NCBI GenBank assembly: GCA_002083775.1
Contig: MTEI01000006.1
Coordinates: 62,321-126,320 of the forward strand
DNA length: 64,000 nucleotides
Direction: 5' to 3'
Source: Rhodoferax ferrireducens
Lineage (GTDB): Bacteria > Pseudomonadota > Gammaproteobacteria > Burkholderiales > Burkholderiaceae_C
Both the position numbers and the translations under genes were made by a program. Shown here piece by piece: positions 32,076-45,002 of this stretch. Position 1 is the first letter of the stretch; every line of letters starts with the position of its first letter. The notes below the pieces were generated by a model. It did not search any database, was not told the origin of the DNA, and worked only from the letters and a program-made list of their open reading frames with translations.

Positions 32076-34130
32076 ATGAGCGTCAAACCATCTGAAAAAA
32101 TCCGTGCTGTGGCCTTGGTGGGCCATGGGTCTGTCGGTAAAACCACGCTGGTGGAGAGCCTGCTGGCCGCCACCGGCACCATTGCCAGCCGTGGCACGGT
32201 GGAAAAGGGCAACACCGTCTGCGACTTTGACCCGATTGAAAAACAACTTGGCCACTCGCTGCAATCCTCGTTGGTCAGCCTGACCAGCGCCGACACGCGC
32301 ATCCACCTGCTTGACACGCCTGGCTACCCTGACTTTGCGGGCCAGGCCATTGGCGCGCTGGCCGCCGCCGACACCGCCCTGATTGTGATCAGCGCGCAAA
32401 CCGGCATCGAACTCACCACCGAGCGCATGTTCACCCTGGCCGGTGAGCGCGGCCTGTGCCGCATGATTCTCATCAACAAGATCGACGCTGACAACCTGGA
32501 CCTGGGCGCGCTGGTGGACGACATCCGGGAGCGCTTTGGCAAGCAGTGCCTGCTGCTGGACCTGCCCACCAAACACGCGCAAGAGGTGGTGGAACTGCTC
32601 GGCCATGACGACGGCGAGAGCGACTTTGCCAGCGTGGCTGCCGCGCACCGCGCGCTGATCGACCAACTGATTGAAGAAGACGACGACCTGATGGCGCGGT
32701 ATCTGGAAGACGGCTTGGAGCCCAGCCCGCAGGAGTTGCACGCACCATTTGAAAAAGCGCTGCGCGCCGGACACCTGATCCCGATCCTGTTTGTCTCCGC
32801 CAAAACCGGTGCCGGCGTGCCCCAGCTGCTGGACGCGCTGGTCAAGCTGGCACCCAACCCGGCAGAAGGCAACCCGCAGCCGTTTTACAAGGGTGAGCCC
32901 GGTGCCGAGCCCGTCGGCTTTGCCGCGCAGCCGGACGACGCGCTGCATGTGCTGGCGCATGTGTTCAAGGTGGTGGTGGACCCGTTCATTGGCAAGGTGT
33001 GCGTGTTTCGCGTGCACCAGGGCACGGTGCGCAAAGATGCGCAGCTGTTTGCCGGTTCAGGCAAGCGCCCGTTCAAGGTCAACCACCTGTACCAGCTGCA
33101 AGGCAAAGACTATGTCGAGGTCGAAGCCTTGGTGCCCGGCGACATTGGCGCGGTGGCCAAGGTGGATGACATCGCATTTGACAGCGTGCTGCATGACTCG
33201 CATGACGAAGACCACATCCACTTGAAACCGCTGGCCTTCCCGCAACCCATGCAGGGCCTGGCAGTGCAAACCCAGCGCAAGGGCGACGAGCAGCGGCTGT
33301 TTGAAATTCTGCACAAGCTCGAACTCGAAGACCCGTGCTTCACTGTGGAGCGCCACCCCGGCACCAACGAAACCGTGATCCGTGGCCTGGGCGACATGCA
33401 CCTGCGCGCCAAGATGCTGCGCATGCAGCAACAGTTCAAGCTGGAACTCACCACCAGCGAGCCGCAGATCGCCTACCGCGAAACCATTCTGGGCAACGCC
33501 GAGGGCCACTGCCGCCACAAGAAACAAAGCGGCGGCGCCGGTCAGTTTGGCGAGGTATTTCTGCGTGTCGAGCCACTGGCGCGTGGTGCAGGGTTTGAGT
33601 TTGAAGACGTGGTCAAAGGTGGTGCCATTCCTGGCGTGTTCATGCAGGCGGTCGAAAAAGGCGTGCAGCAGGCGCTGGCCGAGGGCGCCGTGGCGGGTTT
33701 CCCCCTGCACGATTTGCGCGTGACCGTGTACGACGGCAAAACCCACGCGGTGGACGGCAAAGAGGTCGCGTTTGTGGCCGCCGCCCGCAAAGCCACGCTG
33801 GAAGCCGTGCGCGCGGCCAAACCCATTGTGTTGGAGCCGGTGGTGACCATTGAGGTGGTGGCACCCGAGTCTGCCATTGGTGACCTGACCGGTGACCTGG
33901 CCAGCAAACGCGGCCACATCACCGGCACCCAGCCGCGCCCGATGGGCACCGTGGCCATCAGCGGCCAGATGCCGCTGGCCGAGCTGGGCGACTACCAGAG
34001 CCGCCTGAAGTCTCTCACCGGCGGCCAGGGCTCGTACAGCCTGACTTTTTCGCACTACGCCCAGGTGGGTGACGATACCCAGGCCAAACTCGCCAGCGCC
34101 TTCAAGCCCGGCAACCTGGCGGATGATTGA
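32076..34130 (+). CDS. Elongation factor G paralogue (EF-G2-like translational GTPase)
   Basis: G1 motif GHGSVGKTT, DTPGYPDF and NKID, plus EF-G domains II-V (e.g. GDMHLRAKMLRMQ, HKKQSGGAGQFG). 684 aa. Confidence 0.85.
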   Translation: MSVKPSEKIRAVALVGHGSVGKTTLVESLLAATGTIASRGTVEKGNTVCDFDPIEKQLGHSLQSSLVSLTSADTRIHLLDTPGYPDFAGQAIGALAAADTALIVISAQTGIELTTERMFTLAGERGLCRMILINKIDADNLDLGALVDDIRERFGKQCLLLDLPTKHAQEVVELLGHDDGESDFASVAAAHRALIDQLIEEDDDLMARYLEDGLEPSPQELHAPFEKALRAGHLIPILFVSAKTGAGVPQLLDALVKLAPNPAEGNPQPFYKGEPGAEPVGFAAQPDDALHVLAHVFKVVVDPFIGKVCVFRVHQGTVRKDAQLFAGSGKRPFKVNHLYQLQGKDYVEVEALVPGDIGAVAKVDDIAFDSVLHDSHDEDHIHLKPLAFPQPMQGLAVQTQRKGDEQRLFEILHKLELEDPCFTVERHPGTNETVIRGLGDMHLRAKMLRMQQQFKLELTTSEPQIAYRETILGNAEGHCRHKKQSGGAGQFGEVFLRVEPLARGAGFEFEDVVKGGAIPGVFMQAVEKGVQQALAEGAVAGFPLHDLRVTVYDGKTHAVDGKEVAFVAAARKATLEAVRAAKPIVLEPVVTIEVVAPESAIGDLTGDLASKRGHITGTQPRPMGTVAISGQMPLAELGDYQSRLKSLTGGQGSYSLTFSHYAQVGDDTQAKLASAFKPGNLADD

Positions 34131-34173
34131 GCCGTGGCAAGGCCTGCCTGCATGCGCCTGGCCTTCACGTGTT

Positions 34174-34244
34174 TGTCATTGCGGGCTTGACCCGCAATCC
34201 ATGACCCCGAAGGCATGGATCCCGGGTCGGCGCCCGGGATGACA
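34174..34244. repeat. GC-rich REP-like hairpin pair (locus R6; cleanest copy of both unit types)
   Basis: tgtcattgcgggcttgacccgcaatccatga + catggatcccgggtcggcgcccgggatgaca. Confidence 0.75.
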
Positions 34245-34325
34245 AGCCCGACCACCCAGTCAACCCGCGCCACAATGTCAACCCGGCCAGCCAAACAAGC
34301 CAGCCAGCCAAATCTACTCTTCGCT

Positions 34326-34883
34326 ATGACCCACCAAACCCTGCTGATCTACTCCACCATTGACGGCCACACGCGCCACATTTGCGAGCGCATGAAATTT
34401 GTCATGACTGCGATGGGCCAAAACGTGACCCTGGTACCGCTGGACCAGGCCGAGGCTTTGAGCCTGGACAAGTTCCAGCGCGTGGTGATTGGCGCCAGCA
34501 TCCGCTACGGCAAACACCGCCCGCAGGTGGCCGAATTCATCAAAAAGCACCGGCCGGTGCTGGATCGCAAGGCCAACGCGCTGTTTTCCGTCAACGTGGT
34601 GGCACGCAAACCCGAAAAAAACCAGCCGCACACCAATCCTTACATGGTCAAGCTGCTACAACAATTGGGCTGGAAACCGCAGCTGGCCGGCGTGTTTGCC
34701 GGGCGACTGAACTACCCGGCGCTGGGGTTTGTGGACAAACAGATGATCCGCTTCATCATGCTCATCACCAAAGGCCCGACCGACCCGACGCAGGCGTTTG
34801 AGTTCACCGACTGGGCGGCGGTGGAGACCTTTGCGCAACAGGTGTGTGCGCTGCCCGTACCGGGTGCACCGGCGAATCAATAG
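34326..34883 (+). CDS. hemG: Menaquinone-dependent protoporphyrinogen IX dehydrogenase HemG (flavodoxin-like)
   Basis: Trimmed to ATG 34326. LLIYSTIDGHTRHI...VVIGASIRYGKHRPQVAEFIKKH...LFSVNVVARKPEKN...TDW is collinear with E. coli HemG motifs. Confidence 0.88.
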   Translation: MTHQTLLIYSTIDGHTRHICERMKFVMTAMGQNVTLVPLDQAEALSLDKFQRVVIGASIRYGKHRPQVAEFIKKHRPVLDRKANALFSVNVVARKPEKNQPHTNPYMVKLLQQLGWKPQLAGVFAGRLNYPALGFVDKQMIRFIMLITKGPTDPTQAFEFTDWAAVETFAQQVCALPVPGAPANQ

Positions 34884-34910
34884 ACAGCTTGCGCCATACC
34901 GCCACCAGAC

Positions 34911-37574
<2,664 letters not shown>

Positions 37575-37709
37575 CAATGCTAGCCTAGCATGAACCGCCC
37601 GCCCGGCCTTTGACCCAGGCCAGCGAACGCGGCTTTGGCGGTGAATAATGGGCACCTTTACCCGGCTATAGTCTTGAGCCAATGTCCGTTGATGTGATGG
37701 AGTGCCCAT

Positions 37710-39725
37710 ATGCCTGACAACTGTGCGCTACCTGGCGCTGCCGAGTTGGCCAAAAGCCAGCAACGGCTGGCGCTATTTGAGGCCGTGTTTGAGGAAATTC
37801 CCGATGTCATTGTGTTGAAAGACGCCAAGGGTGACTTTCTGTTGTGCAACCAGACGCTCGCCAGGCTCTACAACACCACGCCCGAGGCCATGGTGGGCAA
37901 GCATGATGGTGATTTTGGCGTGCCCCAGGACGTGGCCGATGGTTTCAGGGCGAATGTGTTGGGCATCATGGCGCGCGGCGAAACCGAGGTGGTGTTTGAA
38001 GACAGCCGCAATGCCATCACCGGCGAGATCCGGCATTTCAAATCCATCAAGCGGCCGTTCAAGGACGCCCACGGCAACAACCAGATTCTGGTGATTGCCC
38101 ACGACATCACCGATGTGGTGCGCGCGCAGCAGCAGGTGGCACAAAGCGAACAGCGCCTGCAAGAGGTGATGACCGCCACCCGTGAAGGCATCTGGGACTG
38201 GCATGTGGCCAGTGGCCGGGTGGTGCATAACCAGCAGTGGTACCGCATTCTGGGCTTTGCCGAGGGCGAGATCACCGGCCATGTGGACGCGTTTTCAGCA
38301 CGCATTCACCCTGACGACAAACCGCTGGTGTGGCAGCGCTTGCGCCAGTTGCTCAGCGGTGAGCGGGAGTTTTACAACTCCGAGCACCGCATGCTGTGCA
38401 AGGACGGCAGCATCATCTGGGTGCTGGACCGCGGCCGGGTGGCCGAGCGCAATGCCCAGGGCGAGCCCGCGCGGGTGGTGGGCACCTATGTGGACATCAG
38501 CGAGCGCAAACGCCACGAGCTGGAGCTGAACCACGCGCTGGCGTTGGCGCAGTCAGCCACGCGCGCCAAAAGCGACTTTCTGGCCACCATGAGCCACGAG
38601 CTGCGCACCCCGCTCAACGGTATTTTGGGCATGGCACAGCTGCTGCTGATGCCCGGGCTGGCCGAGTCAGACCTGAGCAACCACGCGCGTACCATTTTGA
38701 GTTCGGGCCAGACGCTGCTGGGCTTGCTCAACGACTTGCTGGACTTGTCCAAGGTCGAGGCGGGCAAGCTCAAGCTGGTCCACGTGCCGTTCAGCCCGCG
38801 GCTGCTGCTGAGCGACACCGCCGCGGTCTTTGCGCCGTTGGCCCAGGTCAAAGGGGTGCAACTGCAGATCAGCAGCCAGGGCCTGCAGCACGACAACTAT
38901 TGGGGCGACAACAACCGCTTGCAGCAGATGCTGGCCAACTATGTCAGCAACGCCGTCAAGTTCACCGCCCAGGGCTCGGTGAAAGTGGAGGTGACGCATC
39001 AGAGTGACCCAGCGGGTCAGGCCTGGCTGGAATTTTCGGTGCAAGACAGCGGCATGGGCATTGCCGCCGACCAGCAGGCGCTGCTGTTTCAGCCCTTTAC
39101 CCAGGCCGACAGCTCCTCCACCCGGCAATTTGGTGGCACCGGCCTGGGACTGTCGATTGTGGCCAGAATGGCCGAGCTGATGGGCGGCCAAGTGGGTCTG
39201 CAGAGCCAGCTCGGAGAGGGCTCACGCTTCTGGTTTCGCGTGCCAGCGCTGGTACCACCGACGTCAATGGCCACCCCCGCGCTCAGCCCGCCGGTGGCCG
39301 CACCTCTAACCCGGGCAGCCCAAAGCAGCGCCACCCCGCTGCGGGGGCGCGTGCTGGTGGCAGAAGACAATGCGGTCAACCGCATGGTGATCCAGGCGCT
39401 GCTCAACAGCGTCGGGCTGCAGGCCGAGTATGTTGAAAACGGCCACGCCGCCTTTGAGGCGGTGCGACACGGTCCACGCTTTGACCTGATCCTGATGGAC
39501 GTGCAAATGCCGTTGATGGACGGTCAACAGGCCACCCGCTGCATCCGCCAGTGGGAAGCCGACAGCGGCGCGGCGCGCACCAGCATCATCGCCTTGACCG
39601 CCGGCGCCTTCGCCGAAGACCGGCAGCGCTGCGCCGAGGCTGGCATGGACGACTTTTTGACCAAACCCATCGACCGCGCCGCCCTGACACAGACGCTCAG
39701 GCGCTGGCTGGCGGGCGCCGCTTGA
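37710..39725 (+). CDS. Cytoplasmic hybrid sensor histidine kinase/response regulator (2x PAS, HisKA, HATPase, REC), paralogue of the divergent neighbour
   Basis: PAS segments; H-box MSHELRTPLNG; DSGMGI and GGTGLGLSIV; REC AEDNAVNR...LILMDVQMPLMDG. The transmitter is highly similar to that of 34911..37574. Confidence 0.8.
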   Translation: MPDNCALPGAAELAKSQQRLALFEAVFEEIPDVIVLKDAKGDFLLCNQTLARLYNTTPEAMVGKHDGDFGVPQDVADGFRANVLGIMARGETEVVFEDSRNAITGEIRHFKSIKRPFKDAHGNNQILVIAHDITDVVRAQQQVAQSEQRLQEVMTATREGIWDWHVASGRVVHNQQWYRILGFAEGEITGHVDAFSARIHPDDKPLVWQRLRQLLSGEREFYNSEHRMLCKDGSIIWVLDRGRVAERNAQGEPARVVGTYVDISERKRHELELNHALALAQSATRAKSDFLATMSHELRTPLNGILGMAQLLLMPGLAESDLSNHARTILSSGQTLLGLLNDLLDLSKVEAGKLKLVHVPFSPRLLLSDTAAVFAPLAQVKGVQLQISSQGLQHDNYWGDNNRLQQMLANYVSNAVKFTAQGSVKVEVTHQSDPAGQAWLEFSVQDSGMGIAADQQALLFQPFTQADSSSTRQFGGTGLGLSIVARMAELMGGQVGLQSQLGEGSRFWFRVPALVPPTSMATPALSPPVAAPLTRAAQSSATPLRGRVLVAEDNAVNRMVIQALLNSVGLQAEYVENGHAAFEAVRHGPRFDLILMDVQMPLMDGQQATRCIRQWEADSGAARTSIIALTAGAFAEDRQRCAEAGMDDFLTKPIDRAALTQTLRRWLAGAA

Positions 39726-40912
39726 GCGATCAGGCAGCGCGCCTGCGGGTGCTTGGCGCGGGCATTTTCAGCCTGGTGCTGGTGCTGGGTGTGGCGCGTT
39801 TCTCTTACACACCGCTGCTGCCGCTGATGCAGCAGCAAGCCGGGCTGGGCGTGGCGGCTGCAGGCTGGCTGGCAGCCATCAACTACGCGGGTTACCTGAG
39901 CGGCGCGCTGATTGCCTCGCAAATCAGCGACCTGGTGCTCAAAGACAAGCTGTACCGCATCGGCATGGTGCTGGCGGTGCTGAGTACGCTGCTGATGGGG
40001 CTGACCACCAACGTCATCGTCTGGGCCGTGTCGCGTTATGTGGCCGGGCTGTGCAGCGCGGCGGGCATGCTGCTGGGCACCGGGCTGATTCTGAACTGGC
40101 TGATACGCCACAACCACCGCAGTGAGCTGGGCATCCATTTCTCAGGCATCGGGCTGGGCATTGCCGGCTGCTCGGCCACGGTGATGCTGCTGCACCCGGC
40201 GCTGGACTGGCGCGAACAATGGTGGGCCTTTACCGCACTGGGCTGCCTGCTGCTGGTGCCCGCCCTGGCCTGGTTGCCGCGCCCGGATACCACCGGCCTG
40301 ACGACCAGTGGCCAGAAGATGGTGGACAACCCGCCCAGCAGCTTGTACCTGCGGGTGTTCATGGCGGCGTATTTCTGCGCCGGGTTTGGGTATGTGGTGA
40401 GCGCCACGTTCATTGTGGCCATCGTCAACCAGCTGCCGGGGTTGGCGGGTCAGGGCAACCTGGCGTTTTTGGCGATTGGCCTGGGTGCTGCCCCGGCCTG
40501 CATCAACTGGGACTTTATCGCCCGGCGCACCGGCGACCTGAACGCGCTGATCTTGGCGGCAGTACTGCAAATTGTCGGCATCCTGCTGCCGGTGCTGGTG
40601 GGCGGGCTGATTCCGACGCTGTTTGGCGCGTTGCTGTTTGGCGGCACCTTCATCGGCATGGTCAGCCTGGTGCTGAGCATGGCCGGGCGCTACTACCCCA
40701 CCAAACCCGCCAAGATGATGGGCAAGATGACCTTGAGTTACGGTGTGGCGCAGATCATCGGCCCGGCCATCACCGGGCAACTGGCGGTGCAGCTGGGCAG
40801 CTACAACGCCGGGCTGTACTTTGCCGCCGGGGTGATGGCGGTGGGTACCGCACTGCTGCTGGTGCTGAAGTGGGTGGAGCGGCGGGATGCGCGGGCCAAG
40901 CTGACGTTGTAG
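39722..40912 (+). CDS. YbfB/YjiJ-family MFS-type membrane protein
   Basis: LGVARFSYTPLLPLMQQQAGLGVAAAGWLAAINYAGYLSGAL is characteristic of the family; 12 predicted TM segments. The start is uncertain: TTG 39722 overlapping the upstream stop, or GTG 39749. Confidence 0.65.
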   Translation: MSDQAARLRVLGAGIFSLVLVLGVARFSYTPLLPLMQQQAGLGVAAAGWLAAINYAGYLSGALIASQISDLVLKDKLYRIGMVLAVLSTLLMGLTTNVIVWAVSRYVAGLCSAAGMLLGTGLILNWLIRHNHRSELGIHFSGIGLGIAGCSATVMLLHPALDWREQWWAFTALGCLLLVPALAWLPRPDTTGLTTSGQKMVDNPPSSLYLRVFMAAYFCAGFGYVVSATFIVAIVNQLPGLAGQGNLAFLAIGLGAAPACINWDFIARRTGDLNALILAAVLQIVGILLPVLVGGLIPTLFGALLFGGTFIGMVSLVLSMAGRYYPTKPAKMMGKMTLSYGVAQIIGPAITGQLAVQLGSYNAGLYFAAGVMAVGTALLLVLKWVERRDARAKLTL

Positions 40913-40925
40913 TGACGCTGTCGGG

Positions 40926-42194
40926 CTACACCACGCCACGCGCGCGCAACGCGGCGATGTCGGCGGGTTTCAGCCCCAACTCACCCAGCACTTCATCCGT
41001 ATGTTCGCCTAGGCTGGGTGGCGCACGGCGCAGCACCGGCGGCGTGGCGCTCAAGCGCAGGGGGCTGGCGACGGTGTTGACAGTGGTTTGAATTGATATT
41101 TTCTCAGTAGCTACTTGCCCTTTATCTATAAGCGCTAGAGGCTGTTTTATCACTAAACCACGGGCTTGAACCTGGGCGTCGGCAAAGGCTTGTGCCATGT
41201 CGTTGATCGGGCCGCAGGGCACGGCTTTGTCCTCCAGCAGCGTGGTCCAGTCAGCCGTGCTGCGGGTGCGTGTCACCGGCAGCATCAGCGCGATGAGCGC
41301 CTCTCGGTTTTGCACGCGCAGGGTGTTGCTGGCAAAACGTGCGTCTGCCGCCCACTCGGGGTGGCCTGCGGCTTCGCAAAAGCGGGCGAACTGGCCGTCG
41401 TTGCCGATGGCCAGCAGCATCGAGCCGTCCAAGGTGGCAAAGGTCTGGTACGGCGCAAGGCTGGGGTGGGTGTTGCCTTGGCGCTGCGGCACTTTGCCGG
41501 TGTTCAGAAAACCCGCCGCCTGATTGGCCAGCACCGCCATGCCCACGTCGAGCAGCGCCATGTCGATGTGCTGGCCTTCGCCCGTGGTGTGGCGCGCCTC
41601 GACAGCCGCCAGGATGGCGCTGGTGGCGTAGATGCCGGTGAGAATGTCCACCAGCGCCACACCCATGCGCATGGGGCCGCCACCGGGTTGGTCGTCGGCG
41701 TGGCCGGTGATGCTCATCAGGCCGCTCATGGCCTGGATCATCAGGTCGTAACCGGCGCGCTCGGCATACGGGCCGGTCTGACCGAAACCGGTGACCGAGC
41801 AGTAGATCAGGCGCGGATTGATTTCCTTCAGGCTCTGGTAGTCCAGCCCGTATTGCTTCAGGCCACCGACCTTGAAGTTTTCCACCAGGATATCGCTGCT
41901 GGCGGCCATCTGGCGGATCAGCGCCTGGCCTTCGGGTTGGGCCATGTCCAGCGTGATGGCGCGTTTGTTGCGGTTGCAGGCGGTGAAGTAAGTCGCCTCG
42001 GTGGTGTCGTTGCCCTCAGCGTCTTTCAAAAACGGCGGGCCCCAGTGGCGCGTGTCGTCCCCGGCGCCCGGGCGCTCGACCTTGATCACGTCGGCACCCA
42101 GGTCGGCCAGCATCTGCGTGCACCACGGGCCAGCCAACACGCGGGAGAGGTCGAGAACTTTGAGGTGGGAGAGGGCGGCGGGTTGGGGGATCAT
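40926..42194 (-). CDS. CaiB/BaiF family III CoA-transferase (probable glutarate/succinyl-CoA transferase partner of GcdH)
   Basis: LKVLDLSRVLAGPWCTQMLADLGADVIKVERPGAGDDTRHWGPPF N-terminal signature; C-terminal ...LGEHTDEVL; downstream of gcdH. Confidence 0.85.
   Translation of the reverse strand: MIPQPAALSHLKVLDLSRVLAGPWCTQMLADLGADVIKVERPGAGDDTRHWGPPFLKDAEGNDTTEATYFTACNRNKRAITLDMAQPEGQALIRQMAASSDILVENFKVGGLKQYGLDYQSLKEINPRLIYCSVTGFGQTGPYAERAGYDLMIQAMSGLMSITGHADDQPGGGPMRMGVALVDILTGIYATSAILAAVEARHTTGEGQHIDMALLDVGMAVLANQAAGFLNTGKVPQRQGNTHPSLAPYQTFATLDGSMLLAIGNDGQFARFCEAAGHPEWAADARFASNTLRVQNREALIALMLPVTRTRSTADWTTLLEDKAVPCGPINDMAQAFADAQVQARGLVIKQPLALIDKGQVATEKISIQTTVNTVASPLRLSATPPVLRRAPPSLGEHTDEVLGELGLKPADIAALRARGVV
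41108..41142. repeat. AT-rich palindromic repeat, copy G (in-frame inside the CoA-transferase)
   Basis: gtagctacttgccctttatctataagcgctagaggc reads on the minus strand as QPLALIDKGQVAT. Confidence 0.75.
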
Positions 42195-42422
42195 GATCTT
42201 GTGTCGCTGTCTTTGCTGTGGTGAGTGGAAACCAGCTGGTTTGCGTTGTCAGGCTTGCTTTTGCGGCTGGTTACACGGGGTTATGTTCTTGGACGGACTG
42301 GCGATTTTGGTGGGTCGTCGAAGCAAAAGACCAAAACCCGAGATGCAACAGCGGAGCTCTCATAGAAGTTTGCCACCTGGATTGGTCTTCAAGGCCTTTG
42401 CACACCAATGAAGCGTGCTGCA

Positions 42423-42495
42423 GCGGGTGGGGTATGGGGCCCCGCCGATTTCTGGGCCTTTGACAGTATGAGGCGGGGCTCCATACCCCACCCGC
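42423..42495. repeat. Long near-perfect inverted repeat (24-nt arms, 1 mismatch, 25-nt loop) between gcdH and the CoA-transferase gene
   Basis: The arms are gcgggtggggtatggggccccgcc (42423-42446) and ggcggggctccataccccacccgc (42472-42495). Confidence 0.75.
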
Positions 42496-42531
42496 TGCCA
42501 CCACAGACGTTGGCAACCCGACAACCTGGGT

Positions 42532-42563
42532 TCATGGATTGCCGATCGGAGTCCGCAATGACA
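42532..42563. repeat. GC-rich REP-like hairpin (locus R7)
   Basis: tcatggattgccgatcggagtccgcaatgaca. Confidence 0.65.
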
Positions 42564-42610
42564 GACTCAACGTCGTGTGTCATCGAGGCAGCCAACCCAG
42601 ACTCAACAAA

Positions 42611-43804
42611 TCAGCAAAAGGCCTGAATCCCGGTCTGCGCGCGCCCCAGAATCAGCGCATGGATATCGTGCGTACCCTCATAGGTGTTCACCACCTCCAG
42701 GTTCACCAGATGCCGCGCCACACCAAACTCGTCACTGATGCCGTTGCCACCCATCATGTCGCGCGCCATGCGGGCCACATCCAGCGCCTTGCCACATGAA
42801 TTGCGCTTCAAAATCGATGTGATTTCCACTGCCGCCGTGCCTTCATCCTTCATGCGGCCCAGGCGCAGGCAGCCTTGCAGGCCGAGCGCGATGTCGGTCT
42901 GCATGTCGGCCAGCTTCTTTTGAATCAACTGGTTAGCTGCCAGCGGGCGACCAAACTGCTGGCGGTCCATCACGTACTGGCGCGAACGCAGCCAGCAGTC
43001 TTCTGCCGCACCTAGAGCACCCCAGGCAATGCCGTAGCGCGCGCTGTTCAGACAGGTAAACGGGCCTTTGAGGCCTTGCACTTCCGGAAAAGCGTTTTCT
43101 TCCGGGCAAAACACACCGTCCATGACGATCTCGCCGGTGATGCTGGCGCGCAGGCCCACCTTGCCGTGGATCGCCGGGGCGCTCAGGCCCGCTGCGCCTT
43201 TGTCCAGCACAAAACCGCGAATCGGGCCGACGGTGCCGGACTCGGACACTTCTTTCGCCCAGACCACAAACACGTCGGCGATCGGCGAGTTGGAAATCCA
43301 CATCTTGTTGCCGCTGAGCTTGTAACCGCCCGGCACCTTGTGGGCGCGGCTGAGCATGCTGGCCGGGTCACTCCCGTGGTTGGGTTCGGTCAGGCCGAAG
43401 CAGCCAATCCACTCACCGGTAGCGAGTTTGGGCAGGTATTTCTGGCGCGTGGCCTCATTGCCAAACTCGTAAATCGGCAGCATCACCAGCGAACTTTGCA
43501 CACTCATCATGCTGCGGTAGCCACTGTCCACACGCTCCACCTCGCGGGCGATCAGGCCGTAGGCGACGTAGTTCAGGCCGGGGCCGCCGTAGGTCTCGGG
43601 GATGGTTGGCCCCAGCAAACCGAGCTCACCCATCTCACGGAAGATGGCCGGGTCGGTCTGCTCGTTGCGAAACGCCTGGATCACACGCGGCTGCAGTTTG
43701 TCCTGGCAATAGGCGGCGGCGGCCTCCTTGACCATGCGTTCGTCATCGCTGAGCTGTTGCTCCAGCAAAAAGGGGTCTTGCCAGTTGAAGGATGCGTGGG
43801 CCAT
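42611..43804 (-). CDS. gcdH: Glutaryl-CoA dehydrogenase
   Basis: N-terminus [20 protein letters not shown]...; acyl-CoA dehydrogenase motifs [14 protein letters not shown] and ...[14 protein letters not shown]; 397 aa. Confidence 0.85.
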   Translation of the reverse strand: MAHASFNWQDPFLLEQQLSDDERMVKEAAAAYCQDKLQPRVIQAFRNEQTDPAIFREMGELGLLGPTIPETYGGPGLNYVAYGLIAREVERVDSGYRSMMSVQSSLVMLPIYEFGNEATRQKYLPKLATGEWIGCFGLTEPNHGSDPASMLSRAHKVPGGYKLSGNKMWISNSPIADVFVVWAKEVSESGTVGPIRGFVLDKGAAGLSAPAIHGKVGLRASITGEIVMDGVFCPEENAFPEVQGLKGPFTCLNSARYGIAWGALGAAEDCWLRSRQYVMDRQQFGRPLAANQLIQKKLADMQTDIALGLQGCLRLGRMKDEGTAAVEITSILKRNSCGKALDVARMARDMMGGNGISDEFGVARHLVNLEVVNTYEGTHDIHALILGRAQTGIQAFC

Positions 43805-43966
43805 GGGTATCTCCAGAAATCGGTGATCAGAAGTTGATCACCACATGCTAACGCGGCTCAGGCGGACGGTAAAACGATTTGTTGTCACTCAGATATGCGT
43901 TTTCAGCATGATTAGCTATTCAAGATAGTCGCAAGATCATTTTGACTCTTGTAGTCAGAGTGGCAA

Positions 43967-43998
43967 CTAGCCGTTATCTAAAAAGGGCTGACAGCTAT
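43967..43998. repeat. AT-rich palindromic repeat, copy H (intergenic, in the gcdH/LysR divergent promoter region)
   Basis: ctagccgttatctaaaaagggctgacagctat. Confidence 0.6.
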
Positions 43999-44055
43999 CA
44001 ATAGCATATTAATTCAATCGCTAGCTCCAGGAATGATGTGTACATTACGCACACC

Positions 44056-44970
44056 ATGCGCAGAAAAATCCCTTCCCTTCAGGCCCTGGCCTGCTTTGAT
44101 GCCGCCGCCCGCCACGAGAGCTACACCCGCGCCGCGCAGGAGCTAGCACTCACCCAAGGCGCGGTGTCGCGCCAGATCACCGCGCTGGAAGAATTTGTGG
44201 GCGTGGCACTTTTTCGCCGCACCCGCCACGGCGTGCTGCTGACTGCCAGCGGGCGCGACTACGCCACCCAAGTGGCCAGCCGCCTGGCCGCGCTGGAGCA
44301 GGACACGCTCGACGTGATGAGCCACCAGGGACTGGGCCAGGTGCTGCAACTGGCGGCCGTGCCGACTTTCGCCACGCGCTGGCTGATTCCGCGCCTGCCT
44401 GAATTCAAGGCGCAGCACAGCGACATCACCGTGCACATCGAGACCCGCACCCGGCCTTTCATGTTTGCCGATACGCCGTTTGATGCCGCCCTGTTTGCTG
44501 GGACGCCCGAGCAGGTGACCAACTGGGCAGGCACGCGGGCGATCAAGCTGCTTGACGAGGTGGTGCTGCCGGTGTGCGCCCCTGGCCTGCTGCAAGGCGC
44601 ACCCAGCCTGTCGCCCGAAGCCATGGCCGATTTGCCGCTGTTGCAGCAAAGCACCCGACCCCTGGCCTGGCGGCAGTGGTTTGAGGCCCAGGGCGTGGCC
44701 GCGCCGCAAGCCCTCTCAGGTGCGCGCTTTGAGTTGTTTTCCATGACCGCCGCCGCTGCCGTGCATGGCCTGGGCGTGGCGCTGGTGCCCAAGCTGCTGG
44801 TCGATGAGGAACTGGCACGCGGTGATCTGGTGGTGGCCTGCGACCAGCCGCTGCCCAGTGACCGCGCCTATTACCTGGTGCGCCCGGAGCGCGATGACAA
44901 CGCGCCAGCGACGCAGATTTTTCTCGACTGGCTGATGTTGGCTGCGACCCCAGAGCCCGTGCTAAGCTGA
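44056..44970 (+). CDS. LysR-family transcriptional regulator, divergent from gcdH (GcdR-like)
   Basis: Trimmed to ATG 44056. HTH LQALACFDAAARHESYTRAAQELALTQGAVSRQITALEE, followed by a LysR substrate-binding domain. Confidence 0.85.
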   Translation: MRRKIPSLQALACFDAAARHESYTRAAQELALTQGAVSRQITALEEFVGVALFRRTRHGVLLTASGRDYATQVASRLAALEQDTLDVMSHQGLGQVLQLAAVPTFATRWLIPRLPEFKAQHSDITVHIETRTRPFMFADTPFDAALFAGTPEQVTNWAGTRAIKLLDEVVLPVCAPGLLQGAPSLSPEAMADLPLLQQSTRPLAWRQWFEAQGVAAPQALSGARFELFSMTAAAAVHGLGVALVPKLLVDEELARGDLVVACDQPLPSDRAYYLVRPERDDNAPATQIFLDWLMLAATPEPVLS

Positions 44971-45002
44971 TGCCACTTGCTTAAACCATTTGGAGCGCAC
45001 TT

